DNA of 64,000 nt from Botryllus schlosseri (Eukaryota): assembly GCA_051294905.1 (NCBI GenBank), contig CM119372.1, positions 18,972,001 to 19,036,000 of the forward strand, in the 5' to 3' direction. Positions 52,801-61,800 of the stretch are shown here, piece by piece. The notes under the pieces were generated by a model. It worked only from the letters and a program-made list of their open reading frames with translations. It was not told where the DNA came from and made no database searches. Position numbers and translations under genes: made by a program. Numbering within the stretch: the stretch's first letter is position 1; each line of letters begins with the position of its first letter.

Positions 52801-55800
52801 GCATGAAAGTTTCCAAAGTAACGCGGAGTGTTACGCTCTACATAATTTTGTCCTTTTTATTGGTGACGAAAATGAAGGCGTCTGAATTTGTCTAATTTTT
52901 AGACCACGTTTAGAATTTGACTTCTTCCCCCCCCCCCCCGGTAGATGTGTTTCATTGTCATGAACCAGAAATTTGATGTTGGGTTCAAAATTTTATATAT
53001 ATTCTAGTAATCTCGTTTCTACGACGTTAGTAAGTACTTTGTACTGTTGTAACAGCGTTGAAGTAATTGAATCCTAGTAGGACACGGCAAATTTATTCTT
53101 GTTTCTGTGCCATGGCCAGTCACCTTGTCTTGATGCCGTTAAATTAATCGAAATTGTGTAGGTTACAAGTCTTACTCTTGCTCCCAATTAGATACAGCGC
53201 TCTTTGACGACGTCTTGGTAATGAGAACAACTATCGTCTAATTACCAGTTTTGTTCAGCAGTACTACAATTTATGTAGGCTCCTTGAATGTGAAGGCCTT
53301 GTAATTTGTTGTTACCTATACTGTTATGCACATGTTATAATAAGTTGCTACTGCTTGCGATCACCGAAACTGCTTTCCTTGTTTCGTGTGTTGCCTGGAA
53401 AATTTAGTGTCATGCAGGGTAATCAGGGAATATCCACTAAGCTACCTGCTCTATCCAAAGTGCAACTGCATTATATTTCTTCAATTCTAGGATGTCACCA
53501 CACGACCCGAGATATATTTCCTGCTCGCCCGCCATGCAAGCACAGATGATAGATTGTCTGTGGAGGATTTGATGCTATTTTTAGAGTCAGAACAAGGTAT
53601 GTGTTCTTTGATAACTTTTAATCCCTGCTACTATGAGCAGGGGATATTCGAGCATAAGTGTATAGTGTTAACTGCGTGTCATAATCGTCCTTCATTGCGC
53701 AATTACGGTGATTTTACGGGACAAATATCAGATTTATAATGATTTGAAATGACACTACCCAGTATATATGTCGCTGTGAATGTAAATATGATCGGTTAGG
53801 CTTTAGATGGATTACTTGGTAGAAAACTAGCAGATGAATTAGTATTTTGAGTTTATTGAAAAATACTATGTCAAAAAAGGCGATATGTGTTGTATGTAGT
53901 GAGTTGAAAGTTTAGAAATGATTATTGTGAGTTGCGACTGTTGCTCTTTGGATTACATTTCTACTGCTTGTAACTGCTTCACTCCTATGATCCCTCTAAG
54001 TCTGCACGCACTCACCAACTCGCGCGGTCCCTTGGACTACAGTGCTTAATGACTAAAAAAAGGTCATCACTTCACTTGAATTTTTCTGTGCGCAGAGACT
54101 GTGTCTCAGCACTGCGCAAGCAGCGCACAGGCGCAGCTTTGAGGGAACAATGCTTCACTCTCTCAAGAGTCCTAGAAGCTAGCTGATAGCTGTGTTTTTT
54201 TCACCGGTCTAAAACTTTACTGTGTAATCATTGCTAGTAACGCAGCTCAATTATTCAGCCAGTTCATACTTGCGCTGGTTTCTGTCATTTAATTGAATTC
54301 TTCTGGTAAATTTCCGCTTGTCACTATTGTTGTGTTGTACATATCAAGTTACATATCAACTCCATACATTATTCATGGTCGAATTTTGGTCTGGCGGCTA
54401 ATGGAAATGTGCTTTGGCTGTTCTATTGCACACTGTCAGTCGAAACCAACGGGCTTATCTGTTTTTTAAAAATCACCAGTCATGCAATTTTCTTATTATC
54501 TCGTCTTAATGCCCCCATAGTAACTAGCTCATCTGCATGTGAGGCTCAAGTTCATTTTGGAAATACGCTGCTTTCTAACAATTCGATAAATACGGTATTG
54601 ATTATACATTTCATAAGTACAAGTATCTCTTCCAGGATACTGGAGTTATGTCAAACAGTGTGCCTTCCAAGACGGTCATCTTCAGATTCTTCACACACAT
54701 ATTAGAGCAGGGGTTCTCAACCTGGGGGGCGTGGAACATCCAAAGGGGGGCGCGAAGAAGCGGTCACCTGAAAAAATTTTTCGCGCTTCGCGCGATTTAC
54801 CTCCAATGCACATGTGTTTCACCAAATGTAGACCCAATTTCATCTTTTTTATTGTCTCATCAACATTCATAACCTTTCACACCACCAGACAATCTCTTGA
54901 GGTTGCTAGCATGCCAGTGGGATTTTGTGATATAACGATAAGGGGGGGCGCAAAATTTTTCATCATCAAAAAGGGGGGCGTGTCTAAAAAAAGGTTGAGA
55001 ACCACTGTATTAGAGTAAATTAGTCTCCTCAAGTGTTTTTTTTTATTTAAGGATTGGGCTGTTTGTAATAATATTATCCTATACGTGACACAAAATTTTA
55101 GTCCAGTTACCCAGTGGTGTGCATATGACTGATTTTATCAATTAGTACTTAGAGTTTCAAATATGTCTCCAGGTTGTTATACTGCGCGGACAATCCGATG
55201 TCAGAAGGCAGTATGTCATTAATAGAGTTTGCATACAACGTAATAGTCTGGATTCAATGCTGTGAAAGTTATGTATAGCCAGATGGGATTCGTATCTTAA
55301 ATCACTTTTACCAGTGAGTTTAGAATATTTCATGGTGCTATGCAGCTATAATGCAAATCATTGACTGTACATGTGCTATCAAGGGGTCATGTCCTTACCA
55401 TGAGAGTGGCTTTGCTGCGCTTCAAAATATTGCAAATTGATGAGAATTGCCATTTGTTTCAATTGTAAAATCGTAACCTCTTTCCTTGCAAATGATATGC
55501 TATCTGAATAATTAATAGATTTGTCCGTGATGTCTGAAAGCTGAGTGAAATATCCTAGAAATCCATATCTTTCTCTTGATAAATAAATGGATTATGTTAT
55601 TGGCGCATTTTTTCGTAGCAAATTTGCGGATTGGAGATTCAGTCATACATAGGGCTATCTGCTAGTAATCTATTCATCGTCAATATTACAGTCATTCTCA
55701 ATGTAGGCCTAGCGGCCTAGGCCTTTCTGGTGAAGTAGTTTTCATCTGTCGATGCTCAGCAGGAGTGCATTGCATTATGGTTACTATTTGTGGTTTTTTC

Positions 55801-58800
55801 CTAAGTGCGAAAGTTTGTTTTGCACGTGGCTGGATCTTTTCAACTTCCGATCGAAACACAAGAAAAGATGGGGTAGTTTGAAAAAGTAATTTGGCACCCA
55901 GCAAGTGACGCTGTGTGGTACCGCGTTCATGACTTTCCGGGCTCAAATTTCAAAATTGTTTACAAAGTTTTTTGGACGATTTTAACTTCCTTTCATGCTG
56001 TGACCTCCCATTTTTTTTAAAAACGTCGTCTGTTTTGAACCAATGTAACCACAAACGGATAGCAGCTGCCCACGTGCCCAGCTGTTACCCTGGCATGGAC
56101 CAAATGATGGCCTGCTATTACCTCGTGACTAAATGTGTTTTACAATACTGTATGTTCTGTATTTGAAGGTGTGACGGACATTACCAGGGAAAGGTGCGTT
56201 GAACTGATCGAACAATTTGAGCCCTCCGTCGAGTTGAAGGACGTGCCCGCGTTTGGTATCGACGGCTTCACAAAGTATCTCATGTCTCCAGAGTGCAACA
56301 TATTTAATCCTGTTCATTCCCAAGTGAGCTCCACTTACGTCTTTTAATCGATCGAATTTTGGTAAATTGCATTATCAGTGTGTAATTCACGTTTGCTTCG
56401 GCTTGCCAACACTTGAGAATCTTCACACTTTCGATGTTGACGCTCCAGCGATAATGGTATTTATGAATTTGCAAAGTATACATGTTGAAACCATGCAAGT
56501 GATGTGATTCAATATTTGCAGTCCGGTAATTATAAACTGATGTGAGACCAACGAGGAAACAATTGGATGTGTCCAAGCACATTACCCAGAAGCATATCAA
56601 TAGCATTAAGCTGTTGGTAATGGATGGGACCGTTCATAGAAGACATTCTGCCCGTAAATTCTACCTGACATTTTTAAGTGCGGTATATGTTTTTAAAATA
56701 AGTCAAGTTAATGTTGTTATTTTGAAACACGCCTTATAGCTTTGTCCCTGCAGCTCTAATTCATTCTAATTTTGTGTTTCACTGCTGCCTAGAATCACTG
56801 TCAAATTTTGGATCGATCATTGGTCATTTGACTTATATATATGTCATAATTCAAAAGCATTTGTTGCGACAGTGTAAAATTCGCAATATTCCTTGTTTTA
56901 AATGACTAGGCGTGGTCTCACTTGTGACAAAACGGATGCAATTCCTGCTTTACAATGTATCAAAACATGACTCCCGTCATGATATTTCAAACACGGTTAT
57001 TACTGTATCAAAACAACATACCTCGCAAAGTCTGCGAATTGCCGAATATAGGCTCTCCGCGATCATGGGACAGTTGTATATTGCAGTGATTAGAGGCATA
57101 AATCTGTTCATTATAGTTCCATACGTCACCGTAACCGAGTTCACACAAGATTGAGTCACCGGCCAAGATTGATGTGAAATTCAGGTCTACATGGTTATCG
57201 AGATGGTTATAAAGTGAATTTGTGCCATGTAATTACCATATGTAGCACATCCTACAGTGATGTCATCTCTGTTGCGGCGTTCTTTACAATCTATGAAAAT
57301 GTCATTTAACCGTATCTGCCCTTACTATTTCAACAGCATATTTGTTACATTTATAGAAATGAGGTCGCTGAGTAATGCGGGTGGTACCATGGTCTTTATT
57401 GTTCATTCTAAAATATGTTATTTTCGTATACAATACATATCTGTAATGCCACACATATGATGGATACGATTTCAATTTTTCAAATTTGGTATAAGGGAAC
57501 ACTGAACGCTCTTCGTCTTCGCAGATTTTTTGACTTGACTGTTAAGCCGTGTAATTTGATATCCTGCACAACAATTATTCCAGCCCACGTGAAGGCACAA
57601 TTTGACAGGAGTTGAAAGTAAATGATATTCAATCACGGTTAGATCATTATCATAGCCTGGGTCATGGTCCCTTGTTGACTGTGGCTGGGTGTATTATTAA
57701 GCTGTACAAATTACTGGGGTGCTTCCAAACTGCCAGATGATAATTCTACTTATGGAGCTGGTAATATATGGGCATTGGGCATACATATTTCTTAAAATTG
57801 AAGTCTACCGTTATGTCAAAAGTGAATTAAGTTTGTGCGTATCGGGTACCAGTACTTTTTATTAGTGATCTTGCTGTTCACAGTGGAGTGTTGTCATGTT
57901 GTGGTCAATCACTAGTCATGGCTCATACTTAGCATGCCGGAAAAAATTAATTAGGCTCTAGTGCTCTTTATTCATACCTGGTCATAGTAGTAACTATAAA
58001 TGCCATTGACGAATCTTCATTAGCGTTTTATGGACTGGTTGCTTGAGGTGATTAGCCTTGTCCGTTGAAACAATCCTGGAATGTATTCCCTACACTTCAC
58101 GATTCAGTTCAAGTAATTACTGAAGTAATTTCCTATTTTCCTTCAATTGCTAGCGAATGTGGTCACGTCATGAGCTTGTTTAGCCTACGTGATATTCGAA
58201 AGCTTACGAATGCATTTGTATTGCGTAGGTGTGTCAAGATATGAGCCAACCTCTATCACACTACTTCATAGCCTCATCTCATAACACCTACCTCATGGAA
58301 GACCAGTTGTCCGGACCGAGTAACGTCAGTGCGTATATGCGTGCGCTGCTAAGGTGGTACTTTTGTGTGAAATTGTACACCGTGTTTCATGCCGAAATAT
58401 TTTTGTCAGATGTTGCCGATGTATTGAGTTGGACTGTTGGGACGGAGCAGAAGGGTCGCCCGTGATATCTCATGGTCACACGCAAACCAGCAGGTTTGTT
58501 GTTTAGCTGTTGCTTGTATTATACTATATCAGTGGTTCTCAATCCCTTTCGGACCGTCACGAACCCCCGCGGACCCCCAAAATTTTAATTCAAATTTAGC
58601 TCTATTATCGTGCAACCGTCATCTGTCCTGTGCGAATATCAACGTCAGCAACAAAATGACCATTCTTGAAACTAACATCATAGTCTACTATATTTATATG
58701 GAAATAGGGAAGGCTTTTGTTATTTCAAAGCGAATTCTGTAGAAAAATGTCATGAAATTTGCGGTAGAGCCTTGAAAATATGCGCCGTCTATTTGATATG

Positions 58801-61800
58801 AACGAGTGCCGAAAATAGATTTCCACAAAGATAGGTGGTGGCGGAATGCGCAACGCTTCCAACACTACCTTTGGATACGATCGCAACATATATGACAGTA
58901 ATGCCACCAAAATAGAGAAACAGATGTTTAGCGAACATATAACGTCTAGGTCCAGGTCATTTCCATCTAGCAGCTCGTCTTGAAGTTATTCTGGAAAGCT
59001 GTTATGCATATCACAGGAGAAAATGGATGTTTGCAAACAACTTTTTTCCAAAACCTCAACAAAACATGTCTAAACAATATGTTTGTATCAGTAGGCTATT
59101 GGCAATTTAACAATTAAAATGAATAATAATAATTCATCTCAGACGGCCATTCTGATTATGTGAGTTCTGAAGTTTTAGTAGTTATGAATCGAAACTGCCT
59201 TTTGATTTCTCTAATTCAAAAAATAAAATACGAACTATGTTACCAACCATTCTATAAATTTGGAGGTTTCACGGACCCCCTGGAAATGCTTCGCGAACCC
59301 CCGGTTGAGAACCAATGTACTATATCAAACATGTAGATACGCATGACCATTTTTCTTATAATAGGTGATAGGCTTACAGATAAAACTAGCTATATTTCTG
59401 ATGAGATGGAGATAGTAATTAGTAAGATGGTTTACAAGAAGTTGTGATTGAACAATTGTGGCATTTGTTTCGTAAAGTCACAATCGTTATTCTTACATAT
59501 ATTCTGTGTCGTGTAGGTGATTTTCTTCAACAAAATAGATAGAAATAAAACAGGGCAGACAAGTGCGAATAATATTGTGAATAATATTAAGTTGACAGTA
59601 AGATGCTAGAAGGAGACAACAATTTATTGTAATCAGTACACTATTAAAAAGAAAATTCTATGTCTATTGTCGCCGACATATTGGTAATTTGACAGAAAAG
59701 AGGTAAATAACAGTTTTGAAATGTCTATCTAAATAATCCTGGATAGACCGCTTCTAAAATGAACATTCTAACCACTAGGCTATCGCGGTTTTATGATCTG
59801 AGTGCAATGTTTCATTGAAATATCACATGTCTTGTGTGATAAAGACAATCGGTTCTTTTATAATGTAAACTTCATGATGAATAATTCTCAATATGTGATA
59901 CTTTACTTATAAGCTGCAGTATTAATCTGATCCTACCATGACATCTCCGTTATCTTCTCATGTTGTGACTCACCTCTGCAAGTGTGTTATATCCAATTCC
60001 AATTGCTTTTAATAGATTCTACATATGTTTTGTTATACGTATGTCCCACTACATCACAAGTAATGGTAGCTCTGGGAAAGCAAGAACATTGAATAGCCAC
60101 GTTAGTGTTATTGCCATGAGCATCATTGAAATACCATGGTAAGCACTTGTCTTTCGTGAGTATAACTGATGAGTCCCAATTCAAATTATGTGGTGGTACA
60201 AAATTCCTTTTTTATTCTGTCTCTGGTCTAAAAACCATTGCACAATGCACATTGATATCTCAAAGTGTTAGAAAGCGACTGTGTGGTGGATACTATCATT
60301 TACTAGTATGAGTGGTATATCTGTTTTGTCGTTCAAATTGGACCAAAGCCAGCGTATATTTTATAAGTGATTAACTAAACTCTCAACAGATCCCCGCAGA
60401 ACTTTTTTTAGTCGGGACCCCTAAAATCTTTTGGGTGATTGTGTGGACCCCTTATTTTTGCCTAGTCTAAGAAAGTAAGATGAAAATTGAAGAACAGCCA
60501 AACCCCGAAATTTTACAAGCACTTCCGCCCACTCCTAACCGCATCCTCATATTGCCATCTGGTATAGTTGATGCCTAAAAAGCTACCTGATGACTAAATA
60601 GGTCATTATTTTGAGCACTGTCAATACCGGTATAGTTTTATAGTTGTAGTTTCAACATTGGCCTTCCATGGACCCCCTAAAACTAGTCTGCACATCCCAA
60701 GTCCTGCCATGTAAGATATGTGTTTGATTTTTTTGATGTGGGTGATGGGTTCATAGAAACCCAGATGCTACTTCCGTGGGCGGCTTACCAAAATCCGACT
60801 TGAAAACCAAGTCTTCTCACTTATTCCTCAATTCTCAGTGTAAGCTTCGAACACACGATCGAAGCGATCAAAGAGTGCAGTTTCAAGAACTCGCCATATC
60901 CTGTCATTCTCTGTATCGAAAACCACTGTTCTATCGAACAACAAAAGAAGATGGCGTCCGTCTTAATGACACTACTGGGCGATCAGATCTACGTTACGGT
61001 ATTGATACGGTTCGAGCTCGAAAGTAACTTACTTACGCGGTCATTTTGTGTTTAGAATCCGGACGAGGCGGCTGAATATCTCCCGTCTCCTGACGATTTG
61101 AAGTACAAGTTTCTGATACGGGGGAAGAAGTTACCCTCGGACATTGAAGGGGACGAGGGGTGGGTTACAGATGAAGACGAAGGCGCAGAACTTGACGAAA
61201 AGGTACCATATATTTACGACGGCCATGTTGCCCAATCACTTGTTATTTTGCTGGTAAAACCGGATGGGAGGGGTCGATAGTTACGAGTTTGGCAATTTTG
61301 ATTTCAAAACAGCACTGCTAGACTGAGTGGTGGCTGAAACCTTATTTAGTTGTTTCGTTTTGAAGTAATAAAGCGTATCGAGAATTTCTCGTGAATGTGT
61401 CAGATCATAGTGTCCTAGATGGTGTGGACACAAGCAAATCTCACGGCTCAGTGAAATCGGTCTACGTCACACTTTCCATTTGGCTGAAGGCAATTTGACG
61501 GTGTTTTTTTGACCGGCTTGCTGATCGCGAAATTTGATAAAACTGGTATCAATCGAAAGCTACCGCGGTACTGTTTGCGAAAATATTAATTTTACTCTGC
61601 TCGTGGCCCTGGAACCCCCCGCAATCAGCCTCAAATGTTGCATTGTTTCGGAGTTTGATATTGTGACGCAACCGTGCGTCTGAACAGCTCAGGAGCAAGT
61701 GCGCGCGAGAGTGAGTGTGAATTCTCAATCGGTTGCCCAACAATGGCCAATACTCTTGCGGTTTGCGCTGCACCTCACTTGCTCCCAGACGGCATGGTTG

